The notes below the pieces were generated by a model. The model saw only the letters and a list, made by a program, of their open reading frames with translations, did not search any database and had not been told where the DNA came from. Of a stretch of DNA of 64,000 nt, positions 1 to 11,382 are shown piece after piece. The position numbers and the translations under genes were made by a program. Origin of the DNA: Podarcis gaigeae (taxonomy: Eukaryota); assembly GCA_964106915.2 (NCBI GenBank), contig OZ066923.1. The stretch is one strand, 5' to 3'. The stretch's first letter is position 1; each line of letters opens with the position of its first letter.

Positions 1-127
1 ACAATTCAACCGTTACGTTGCATGTTTTTCTATGACCATTCTGCAATGTTTCTGCTAGAGGTTTTGAATGCTTCACAGTTCTCTTTTGGACAACAGAAGC
101 CTCCTTTGGTAGAGTTAGAGAAAGTTG

Positions 128-241
128 CAGTTACAGATAGGTAGCCGTGTGTATCTGAAGAAGTGTGCATGCACACGAAAGCTCATACCAAGAACTAACT
201 TAGTTGGTCTTTAAGGTGCTACTGGAAGGAATTTTTTTTGT
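128..241 (+). mobile_element. Short Penelope-like (PLE) pseudo-LTR-derived insertion
   Basis: Flanked by a perfect 13-bp direct repeat TTAGAGAAAGTTG (115-127 and 242-254). Internal sequence CTGAAGAAGTG...CACGAAAGCTCATAC...TTGGTCTTTAAGGTGCTAC resembles reptile Penelope pLTR ends (recalled). Confidence 0.8.
151..188 (+). ncRNA. Minimal type I hammerhead ribozyme (PLE-type)
   Basis: Stem I GTAT(151-154)/ATAC(185-188); core CTGAAGA 155-161 plus an extra A; stem II GTGTG-CATG-CACAC 163-176; GAAA 177-180; palindromic AGCT mini stem III; predicted NUH cleavage after CUC at 184. Confidence 0.75.
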
Positions 242-291
242 TTAGAGAAAGTTGGTGTGGTTTGGATAAACCTGCTAACTTTAGTGTAATA

Positions 292-518
292 CAGTGGTAC
301 TTTGGTTGTTGAACTTAATCTATTCCAGGAGTCCTTTCGACTCCCAGAACTGTTAAAAAACCAAGGCGTGGCTTCTGATGGGCTGCAGGAGCTTCCTGCA
401 CTCAATTGGAAGCTGCGCCGGACGTTCATCTTCCGAAAAAGGTTCACAAACCAGGTTTGCGGCATTCGGGAGCCGATTTGTTCAACAACAAAGGTGTTTG
501 ACTACCAAGGTACCACTG
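292..518. mobile_element. Tc1/mariner Tigger-like MITE
   Basis: TIRs CAGTGGTAC...GTACCACTG with TA on both sides (290-291, 519-520). Confidence 0.85.
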
Positions 519-705
519 TACAGTTTCCATATGATACTCCTGGACAGGGGCCCCTGACAGGCATCCTAAAAAGTGAATATGTTATGGATGCTTTCCCCAC
601 ATTGATGCTGCATTCTTTTGTGGAAATCAGGGCTCTAAAAGAAGGACCATGATTTACTTAATGATATGCTGCAGAGAATTCTCTTAACCAAGAAGAGAAA
701 AAGGC

Positions 706-871
706 TCAGGTTCCATAGCTTGTTAGGTAGTATGCAGAAGTTCCCAGGTTCAGTTCCTGGCATCCCTAGGTAGGGCAAGGAGAGACCTCTGTCTGAAACC
801 CTGAAGAGCTGCTACCAGTCAGAGTAGACCGTACTGGGCTAGATAAGCCAAAGGTCTGAGTCAGTACAGTG
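706..871 (+). mobile_element. Squam2-type tRNA-derived SINE, 5' part, interrupted by hAT; remainder at ~4450-4472
   Basis: ATGCAGAAGTTCCCAGGTTCAGTTCCTGGCATC...GCTAGATAAGCCAAAGGTCTGAGTCAGTA continues as TAAGGCAGCTTTC after the hAT right TSD. Confidence 0.7.
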
Positions 872-3800
872 CAGGGGTCTGCAACCTTTAAGACAAAAAG
901 AGCCACTTGGACCCGTTTCCGAAGAAAAACAACAACTGGGAGCCGCAAAAACATTGCAACATTTAAAACAAATATAACACTGTATATATTGTTTCTTGCC
1001 TTAATGCTATATATACAGGATCGTGCAGTCAGCTGTCAATCTCAAGAAAAAAGGACAAATTAATAGCTAATTAAAATATTTAATTTACAACCAGGTAACC
1101 AGGTTAATGGGACTTTTGCTCCTGAACCTCAGTGCTCAGTGTCTGCACATCAGGGCTGTAAGACGTCACCTTCATTTTCACACAGGCTTGCAAGCTGTCA
1201 TCTGTGAGGCGTGATCGATGTTTGTTTTTAATATAGTTCATGTTGGAGAAGACCTGCTCACATACATATGTGGAACCGAAGATCGACAGGACTCCAAATG
1301 CATACTTTTTCATGTTTATATAAGTGTTGGGGATGGCATTCCATGTTTCAAATACAAGTTTGTCCTGTTTGGGAAGGTTTTCAATATCACTCCATTTATG
1401 ATTCTGAGCCAGAATGGCCTTCTGATGGGCAACATCCTCAAGAGTAGCGGTCAAGCATTTGAACTTGGACACCCATATATCTTTGTCGGCTATATCGGCC
1501 AGTTCCAGCTCAAGATCAGGTTGACTTACACCTGGAAATGCAGTCATATTCAATAGGGATGGATCGATCGCCAGGGGAGTGACAGGGAAGGATAATGTGT
1601 TTTTTTCCTCTCTGAAACCACAGAATCGTTTCCCAAACGAACTTTGCATTGCGGTGATTGCAGACTTGAAATATTCCAAATTTATCGTATCATGACTTTG
1701 TTTGAACTCTCTCAAAGAGGGAAAGTGAGACAGTGTACCTCTCTGGAAATCTTTGACAAACACTGTCAACTTGCGCTCAAATGCCAAAACCTCCTCCAGC
1801 ATGTGCAGGGCTGTGCCTCCTTTCCCCTGAAGGGTTGTATTTAGCGTGTTTAGATGGGCTGTCATGTCTACCATAAAATGTAATTTTTCCAGCCACTCTG
1901 GCTGTTCCAGCTCAGCAAAGGTAAGCTCTTTGCTGGCCAGGAAGGTTTTTACTTCTTCCAAACATGTGACAAAGCTTTTTAGCACCTCGCCTCTGGACAA
2001 CCACCGGACCTTGTTGTGGAGCAGGAGGTCCGAATATGTGCTTTCCACCTCATCCAGTAGCAAACGAAACTGGCGGTGGTTTAAACCCTTTGCCATTATC
2101 TTATTAACAATCTGAATGACCACATCCATCACTTTTGTGCATTCGGGGGGAAATGTTTGAGCACACAATGCCTCTTGGTGCAGGATGCAATGAAATGACA
2201 GCAGCGTTCTACCCAGTGCCTTCTGCAGTAGAGCCACAAAGCCCTTCTGTGCTCCTCATGCTTGGTGCCCCATCAGTAGCCACTGAGACCAGGTGGTTGG
2301 TGTTTATTTTTTTAGCACTTAAAAAGTCCAGGACAGCCTTACAGATATCCTCACCCCTTGTTTGGTCTTTTAGTGGTATCAGCTCAATCAGTTCTTCCTG
2401 TGGCCCAAAAGAGTTCACATATCGGCAGAACAGTGCTATTTGTTCAATATCACCTTTATCTTTGGGCTCATCACAGGTGATGGAGTACACCACAGCTGAA
2501 TTAATGTCTTGAATTTGCTGTTTGCTAATGTTTTCTGCCATTTTTAGGGTTCTGTCTTTAACAGTCTTCGCAGACAGAGGCATGTCTTTGATTTTCTGCA
2601 CAATTTCATTCTTGTTTTTGAAGTCCATGTATAGATGTTCCGAAACCTTAATGAATGCTTCTTTTATATACTCTCCATCTGTGAACGGCTTCCCGTGCTT
2701 GACTATTTCCTGAGCGGCTACAAAACTAGCATACGTTGTGGAATTTGCAGACTTCACCCAATTCTTGAAATTATTTTTGCTCCTATCAACCTTCCTCATA
2801 AGTTCTGCAACGGCTTTTCGTCTCTCATCTCCATCTGGATATTTTTCAGCAAAGGCTGCGTGTTTATTCTGGAAATGTCTTGCAATATTTGACTTTTTGT
2901 TGTTTGCAAATTTCTCACCACATATTAAGCATACTGGTAAACCAGTCTTGTCAGTAGAGAATGCAAATGATTCTGTCCATGTATCATTAAACATTCTGTT
3001 TTCTTCAGAATTTTTTCTTTTCTTGCCTTTATCCATGGCTGGCCTACCGGGGGTCCAAAACAGGGACGTAATTAGAAATCAGAGGGCTCCATAGCAAAAT
3101 TTGCTATGCCCGATGTCAGGGAACTGACATCAGAGCGAGAGGCGAAGGGGAGGCTCCCAGATTATGCTGGCGAAAGACCCAGCACCAGGGGGAGAAGCAG
3201 CTCGGTAGAGGGGGAAGGAAATCAGCGCAACACCAGGGATAAAGGGGGGCAGATGGGGGAAGCGGAGAGAGAGCTCCGGGATTCTTCTCTGGACATCAGT
3301 GAGTAGAGCACAGGTCCTCCACTACCCACGCCCTCACAAATTCCACGCGACCGCGACTTGCTATGCCCAATAATCAATGCCCAAAATGCCATAGAAAATT
3401 AATCAGGGCCCCAGTGTACCATAAATCATAATCAGTGCCTGATGTAAATAATAATTAATAATGAGGGCCCAATGTCATCCTCGTCATTATAAAAATACCT
3501 TTTTTGACACTTTTTATTATTTATTTGTTTGACCCCTCAGAATTACTCCTCCTCATAGAAATAAACATTACATTAACAAGTTACCTTTTTTTGAGTGTGT
3601 GTTCTTCACTCCCCTTCAAAACAGTGACCAGTGTATATGCCCCCTTTCAATGCAGCCTGCTTACAAAGGCGGGACGACAAAGACCAGCAATAAGCTGTTG
3701 CATAACGTTCCCCAAGGAAAGCGTTAGCTATTCACCAAACTTTCCCCTGCTTAAGTTTAAAAAGGGGCTTCAAGCAACTAAAAAGGGGCTTCAGGCAACT

Positions 3801-4441
3801 AACTCCCACGTGGAATTGCCTATAGTAAGATGGCGGCCGCCTCAGAAGACCACATGGGCAGATAAGATGGCTGCTGGGGCGATCTCAGCAACAGCACAGC
3901 TGCTTCCGATGCTTTTAAAAGCAGCCGGCAAAGCAAGCGTTGGAGCGCCGAAGCCATCTCACCCCCACAAGGAGAATGCTGCGCATGTGACCAAATAGCG
4001 AGGACTTTGCTAGAGACAAGCCCCCGACGCTACCACAAGCCTCCCTCTCTTCCCGCCGCCCAGCCTCCCAAGAAAAAAAACCCCACTTCAAACGGTCACA
4101 AAGCACAAATTCCACGCGACCACGACTTGATCCGCCCACAACTTGATCCACCAGGCGCGCCGAGTCCTCCCCAGGAAAGGTAAAATGTGGCGATGAGCTT
4201 GCGTAGCGCGCTGGGCTCCCAGCAGCGAATCGACTTGGATAGGCAGCAAGCAATCCAAACGGAGAGGTTTGTGGCGCGATCAAGGCGCCCCCAGTAGATA
4301 AGGGAGTGATCCAATCATAAGCGGCTTTTTGCGTGTTTCCGCCCAGAAAATGCGCCTCCTCCCCTCGCCTCCGCCCCGGAGCCGCAGCAAAGGCGTTAAA
4401 GAGCCGCATGCGGCTCTGGAGCCGCAGGTTGCCGACCCCCG
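872..4441 (-). mobile_element. Full-length autonomous-type hAT DNA transposon (Charlie/Buster/SPIN-like clade), 3570 bp
   Basis: TIRs CAGGGGTCTGCAACCT (872-887) and revcomp CGGGGGTCGGCAACCT (4426-4441), 14/16 identical. Perfect 8-bp TSD GTACAGTG (864-871, 4442-4449). Subterminal GAGCCRC motifs. Encloses the transposase. Confidence 0.95.
1104..3036 (-). pseudogene. hAT transposase (GTF2IRD2/EPM2AIP1/SPIN-like), ~643 aa, single frameshift at ~2253-2256
   Basis: ORFs 2209-3036 and 1104-2237 join at ATDGAPSMR/AQKGFVALLQK. BED-like finger CLIC...RHFQNKH; DDE motifs CDEPKD, ATDGA and STYVCEQVFS; HCILH (CxxH); RWLSRG; C-terminal dimerisation motif KHRSRLTDDSL. Kozak GCCAGCCATGG. Confidence 0.92.
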
Positions 4442-5994
4442 GTACAGTGTAAGGCAGCTTTCTTACACTATGTTTCTGTGTAGTCCCCCTGCTTTTCACA
4501 CTGCTAGTTCCCCATCCCAGATTACTTCACTGCTTTCCTTAATAAATTCTGAAGTGAGCCAGCCAGCTCCTTGAGTCTGTAGTGCACATGTCCTCATATT
4601 AAATGATAATTGAGATTTTCCATAGAAGTTAAACTGTGAATGACAACATTCGTTAAAATTTCTTGCCGCTGAGCAACTTAGAAACGTCAGCACATGAAGT
4701 GATTAAGACATATTAATAATTAGGAAGATGAAGTACATTCACCTTCAGAAATGAAATGGGTGCTAAATTTAGTGGTATCAGCCATTTCTAGAAACTTGGC
4801 AATTATTACACTGTGGGTTGAAGTAACTGAGGTAGCCGAATAAGGGGAGTTTAATTGTGTCCTTTTCTGCTGTTCTCAGTGGGAGGAGCAATGATGTGTG
4901 TTGATTTCAGAGCAGCACATCCACTTTGAGGACTGAAGCATATAGCTGAAATGCTTCCTTGTCTGAATGGATTTCAGGGTATAATGTTAGCTCCTCTGGA
5001 ATCACACAGGAAATGTCTTGGATGTTTCCCTAAGCTTCTTTAAGGAGGCTAATTTTCTTTAGATGTTTAAAGGTTTAAAAAACCACAGTTTGTGTCATCT
5101 TCCTTTGAATCCAGGCAGAAATGGATTACCAGTGAGTCTTGTCTAGCAAATGGACTTGCAGTACCTGCAAATTAGTTGACATCCCTTCCTAGCACAGCAC
5201 AGTACAAACTTTAATTTTAGACTCCACCTGCCTACAGAGAAAGTAACAAAGCAATATAGCTGCAGATCAAATGCTTATCAGGAACCAGCAAACTTCATGT
5301 GTTGGATATCTTTCACTTGCTCTTTCATTTTTCTTTTCTTTTTTACATGTCATGTGCCCTTTGATTACCAACACAATACATCTGCATTTTTGTATTCTAC
5401 TATAAGATATGCCCTTAAACATTTTGCTTTAGGAGAAGTGGACACTTAAGCAATTTTAAGAGGTCATTGGAAAGTCAGAGTGCCCAAAGATCTCCCTTCA
5501 AGAAGTGGTGTATTATTTTTTGATTATAAAAATTATGGTGTTCAGCATCCCATATATTTCAGATTCTGGTGTAGTCTTGGTCCATAAAATGGCAGTGTAG
5601 TCAATTTCAATACAATAGTATGAGCAGGAGACAAAATGAATAATTCACCCTGGCCTCTTGCTTTCTGAGATAGCGGGAATGTTGAGAACAGTGTGGCAGC
5701 AATGTATTTAACCCCAGGCTCATGGGCACATGACTTGTCGTTGCTGACAAAATGCAACTTGACAATCAGCTACTGACATTTGTGCTGAGTTTGTCATCCA
5801 CTGCATTTCACCATTAAGTATATCCAACAACCCCCCCCAAAAAAACCTGAATTACATTTTCTGTTTTACAGGGTTGATGATGCAAAAGAGATCTGAACAA
5901 AGAATTCAGCCCAGCGACAGGCAGAATAGATCATTTATATTGCAGGTTAAACTCTCAGTTAATTAAGGGCTAAGTAGTAAGTGCATGTGAAACC

Positions 5995-6466
5995 CGTCAG
6001 AGCAAGATGGTGAAAATCTAACTAGGTAAACAAGAATGCTATTCATTGTGAAGGTTTTCTCTAGACTAATGGAGGTTCAGAATCAGAAAATGAAGCAAGA
6101 GAGGAGGGAGACCAAGAGGCATAGATGAGTCAGGCTGGTGAAGAAGCCAGGGTGTCTCCTCCTGCTGCTGTGACAGGTTCCACTTCCCCCTGTTCTCCAT
6201 GGACCAGAAGAGGTATGAAGAGAGAGGAGCAGAGACAGGCACTTTGGCAGAGGCTCAGATTGCTTAGGAAGGGCCCAGGGGAGAAGGAGATTTAGGCAGC
6301 TGTGAGAAGAAAGGGCTCTTCAGCCTCTGCAACTGCTTCACAGGGGCAAGACCTACTGAGAAGAGTTGCTGTGCCTATTAGGCCTGGCTCCCCTGAGTAG
6401 GTTTCTGCTAATAAAGAGTTAACCTCACATACTCCATGTGATTAATTACTGGCTGGTTCACTGACA
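5995..6466 (+). mobile_element. Probable solo LTR (Gypsy-like)
   Basis: Ends (C)GTCAG...CTGACA, AATAAA at 6410-6415 near the 3' end, ~470 bp purine-rich body. TSD not evident. Confidence 0.5.
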
Positions 6467-7050
6467 GTACATTTGCTCTGTATTGTTACTTCTTTTGTCT
6501 TTTTAATTTTTTTTGGGGGGGGAGGGGGGAGTCCTTGTGCTTTGGGTTTTTTTCTGCATCACTTTGGTATTGTCTTTGTGTAAAAATCTATACCGTATTG
6601 AAATAATCACCATATTTGCAGTAAGTAAAAAAACCTCCACAAAACCTAGTATGTATTAGCATTATTTTGCATACACCTTTCCCTGGCAGCCATTTGCTGA
6701 GTTGCTGTACACAAAATGTAACCCCTTTGTTAAAGGACAGTCTCTCTCTTTCTCCCTGCATCTCCCCTTATTTCTCATTGGACTTAATTAGAGATTAATC
6801 TGCAGTAATTCTATAATTTAATTGGTTGAACAATTAAAACAGAAAGGCAAAAACAGCCCCCTGGGGTTATTTAAAATGTGCATGTAGATAGCATCTGTTA
6901 TATGTAATGGGCCTATGCTTCTTAAGATTAACTGAGAAAATTTTATTGAAGACCATGTTCTCTTTACATTTATTCTAAATTTATTTATTTTCCCCAATGT
7001 AGCCAAAATTTCTATTTCGGGATGCAACTTTTGCCTTCTGTGATTTAAAT

Positions 7051-7083
7051 TATTATTATTATTATTATTACTACTACTACTAT
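7051..7083. repeat. (TAT)n(TAC)n microsatellite
   Basis: Directly visible tandem triplets. Confidence 0.85.
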
Positions 7084-10000
7084 GTGCTACATTGTTAAGA
7101 GGTGTGGGTTTTTTTAAAAAAAAAATCATTGATGTATTCCTATTCTGTGGAACATGTTGACATTTATTACAACTTCCTTTATTCAATAGTTAATCCTGAT
7201 AACAGTTAATCCTGACATCACGCACAGTGCCTCTGGGCAGCTATGTCCCCATACTTAAACTCTGACATGGTCCGCTGGGGCTGATGCCTGACTACCTGTT
7301 GCCCTGGTAGCTGTAAGCTGATCTGGTGGCAGCAACTAGGCCTAGAAAACAGCCTGCCATTCTCCCACAGTTTCCTGGAGAGCACAATGTAGTGTTGCTT
7401 CAGGGCACCGTGGGAGCTTTAAGTGACTGACAGCTTATCAGAGCCAACCTCTTCCACCATGTAAGCCTGCTGCTTAGGGGCATTTTGAGGGGCATTTTGC
7501 TGTAGGGAGCCCAAGACCTGAAACTGACTCCGCCTTACAGTATAAATGCTGTATCAATACAGACTCTTTAACATTTATTTATGTTTTATGCTCTATTCCA
7601 AAATAAATAAATAAAAATCTCATAATAGTGTTTAATTAAAATAATATATTACTGAAGTCTTCAAAGTAAAGAGTAATTTCAATTAAACTTAATTAAGTTT
7701 AAACTCAATTAAACTACTTGTTCAAAATATATACACAGCACTTTTGAATAGATATTTATTTCCCCCTTCTCCAATGACCATCATGGATGGGTGGGAAGGA
7801 CCAGCCACATGCCAAACATCTGATGACATGACAGATGGGCAGTCCCACCCACTTGTCAGAGTTGGCCAGCAGGGCAGGAAAAGGAGACTGCATTGTCAGC
7901 ATATTCCCTAGGATTGAAGTGGGCTACTGCTTTGGCTGCATGCCCTAGCCCAAGAGCTGATTGACAGATTGGCATGGTTTTAGAGAAATTGCCTTGGACT
8001 TGGAGGGCCAAATTGAACCCCCTGGTGGGATAAGATTGGCCCATGGGCTGGAGCCCCCATCCCACCCCTGACATAGGCTAGCAATAATGGCTCATGATGT
8101 AAACGTGAAGGGATTCTTCTTTCAGTAAAAAGCCAATTTTGTTGGTGCTGGGTGAAACAAAGCTCTTAGAACCCTATTGCACATAGAATTATTTCTCTCA
8201 ATTGGGGTTTGTTCTGTTACTATGAAGTGGCTTTTTTGTTTTTATATTTTTTGAGATAAGTGTAATTTCTTCACAGGTTATTTTACTCAACACACCTCCT
8301 CCCTCCTTTCCATGCTTAACAACCAGTGTCCAAAAGTTCCTTCACCCAATTCTGTCTATTGTATCAACCGAGGCTCATTTACAGCTTTTTTATGAAGTGT
8401 ATTGGCCTTTACACATTTCATTTCCTATATTTGAGCATAGGCATGATCCACTGCATCTCCTAATCAAATCAACTGACTCTTATTTCTAAGCTTCCTTTTT
8501 CCCTTGCATGGATGGATGCGTGCAAAAGCCTCCTGGACTTCCAACCCAGCTCATGATTTTGTCGGCTCGGGTCTCATCTTCCATGATTGCTCTGTGCGAG
8601 CAGAACTTTGATCTTGTTAATGGGTTCATACATTTGTAGCCCCTACCCCAGGCCTTCTGCAGAGATGAGACAATACCCAGCTTTCTCATTAGCCTTGTAT
8701 GAACCAATAGGGTAACATGAAAGGAATCTTTAGTGCAAAAGAGAGAAAGAAAAGGAGCACCACAAAGTCCAAGATCCAAAGTGCTCCATGTGCACACACA
8801 AAGCATTTCTGTACACATGGTGGTGGCTTGTTTTTTTTTACTTCTAACATAATCCCTTCATGCTTCATAGGATAAAGATTTGAGGGTGGATTTAAAAGGA
8901 TTTGAGAGATTGGTGTCAGGAGTGAGAAACTGAGAAGCCCCCATCAGTGCAACACTTTGGGATCCTGACCACTATAACTGATTCTTGAATGCAGGAAGAA
9001 AGCATTTTATGTTTTAGACAAATATTTTACCCCTGCTCAGTTCATCTATAGTTTTATGTTTTGTTCCTGTGCTTTAATTCCAACCAAGAAAGCAAGTGAA
9101 TCTCTATTAAAGCTGTTACATGGATTTGAGTTATTCCATGTGTGGTCCATTTGCTCCACTTACACTTGGTCCAGACTTGAAGGGCATGTAGCCCCTCTTC
9201 CAGTGGTTAAATCATAAATAATCTTGGTCTGGTTGTAGATTTCTACCTTGAACAATTAGATACAGTATTCCCAAGACACATAAGAAACAAAGGCAGTCAT
9301 GTTTTGTCCATAAGAAAATTCCATGCGACCAATAGGTGATACTACTTTGATTTTACTGTTAAAGAGGTTGAATGTTGAGAGATTCCAGAACATGGTCTAA
9401 TCCTGCTTTGTTGAATGAATTTCAGTTGATGTGCCTTGAGGATGTGGACAAGGCGCTTGGATTGGTGTGAGCAACTATTTAGTGTCATTAACTGTTTCTT
9501 CTCTGTACTCAATGACAAATAGAAAGAGACTGGTTTCTGTCAGAAGGATTAGTATTATATTTTAAAGTAATCCCTCCAGTTTATTGAAATCCTAAAGTCT
9601 TGATCAACTTAGTGTTGCAAATACTGTTAACTTTTTTCACTGAGAAACACATTCTCTGACTTCTTATGGTGGCAGTTGGATAGATTTGAGGCACATCCAT
9701 TTTGGGTGCTACTTTTTAACAGAAAGTAGTGGAATGAACTAGTCTAATAGAGGGGAAATCGGTCAGAAGCCTTATTTTGCATTCCACATTCCATAAATCA
9801 AACTGTGTGGATGCAGTGGGCGTTGAAGCAGGAAGGAGAAAATAAACGAATACATGCTAGCCACAGAAGACATGCATTTTGTTTGTGTGGATGGTAAATA
9901 CCTAGCGTGGAGGTATGGACACTTGCAAAGCCATGTGTATGATGGAGCATAAATTTGAGTTTTTTATCTCTTTGCTTCTAGTCATCTTTAGTTTCCCCTT

Positions 10001-11145
10001 GAAACCGAAACATTGTGATCCTCATCATTTATTTATTGACAAAAGAACTTCTGACTGCTGTATTGTTCTTTGAATTTCTTTATACCATTAGCTTAAAATT
10101 TTTATAAGCAACATTGCATTTGATTAGATGAAAATAAAGCAGGGAATACTGTTTCTGGAGAAGCAGAGGATGACCTGCGAAGCAGTTCAAACATCAAGTT
10201 TTATTCAACAACTTCCACTCGTTCCATTTTCTTTTAAAGTTTTCAGGGCCAAAGTATACATTATGGGGAAGCCATGTTTGTTGCCTGTGCTTGTTTCTGT
10301 GCTGATCGAGTTTGTGTACAAAATGTTTCAATTTTACAATCTCAAACCTTTTATTGGCATATAGACAAAATCCCAAAAGTTCAGTGCAATGAAACTGCTC
10401 CACAAAATATGGATCTAATAATTAAAATATTCTTGTATAACATTCACGGATCCTCATTGCGTGTTGCAGAAACCTGGCTACCATCTTCATTTTATCCCCA
10501 TCCTGGGTAAACTTTAGGAAAGCTGCCTTAAATTAATCTGACTGCCATTCCCAGCTAACTGATGAAGAACTTAATTGTCTGATACAAGGGGCAGTGCAAA
10601 AGAACATGCGCAATTGATTCTGTATGATTCTGTCCACTGGCGCATGGTCTCTCTGCGAGTGGTATTTGCTGGAATCTTCCCTGTAGTATTTGCTGATGGC
10701 AGCACATTCAGTCTCGCTAGCATGTACGCCCTTTGTTGATTCAGGTTTAATTTGAGAGAATCACCATTGCAAAGACACTGTTTCTGATTTGGCTACTACG
10801 TTCTTGAAATTCGTTGTCTAACAATCTGCGTTTAATTTTCACAAATGCAGGATTTTCTTATAAGCTGGTATAAAAAGTGTTTCTGAGACAGTTTCTGACC
10901 CTGCTCTTTCTTAGCTCCCCTGAAGGAAAAGAAAAACAACTTTGCAGAATTTTCTCAAACTATTGATCAATCAATCAATCAATCAATGTTTTCTTTCTGT
11001 GTTGGCTTCAACCCCACCTGTCTACCCCAATGCTCTAGAACAATTCCTGATCTGGAGCATTATGAAGGATACAAATTGGTAGTTGGCCTCAAACACAATT
11101 GCTGTAGCAGCACCAGCAAAACATAAGTCCCTAGGACAGGAAATA

Positions 11146-11382
11146 CAGTGGTACATCGGTTTTTGAATGTCTCCATGGACTAACATTTCGGTTTTCAAAC
11201 GCCGTAAACCCAGAAGTAAATGCTTCAGTTTTCAAACACGCCTCAGAAGTTGAACATGCCACGCTGCTTCTATTGACTGCAAGATCCTGAGCTGTCGGCT
11301 ATTGAGTTTTCGGTTTTCGAACATTTCAGAGCTCGGAATGGTCTTCCAAAACGGATTACTTTCGAAAACCAAGGTACCACTG
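11146..11382. mobile_element. Tigger-like MITE
   Basis: TIR CAGTGGTACATCGGTTTTTGAA / TTCGAAAACCAAGGTACCACTG, TA TSD on both sides. Confidence 0.85.

Noticed and set aside
3504-4499. 164-aa (+) and 194-aa (-) ORFs within the hAT leader as a second cargo gene
   Set aside because: Non-ATG starts or GC-driven open frames, no recognisable domain; one runs beyond the TIR.
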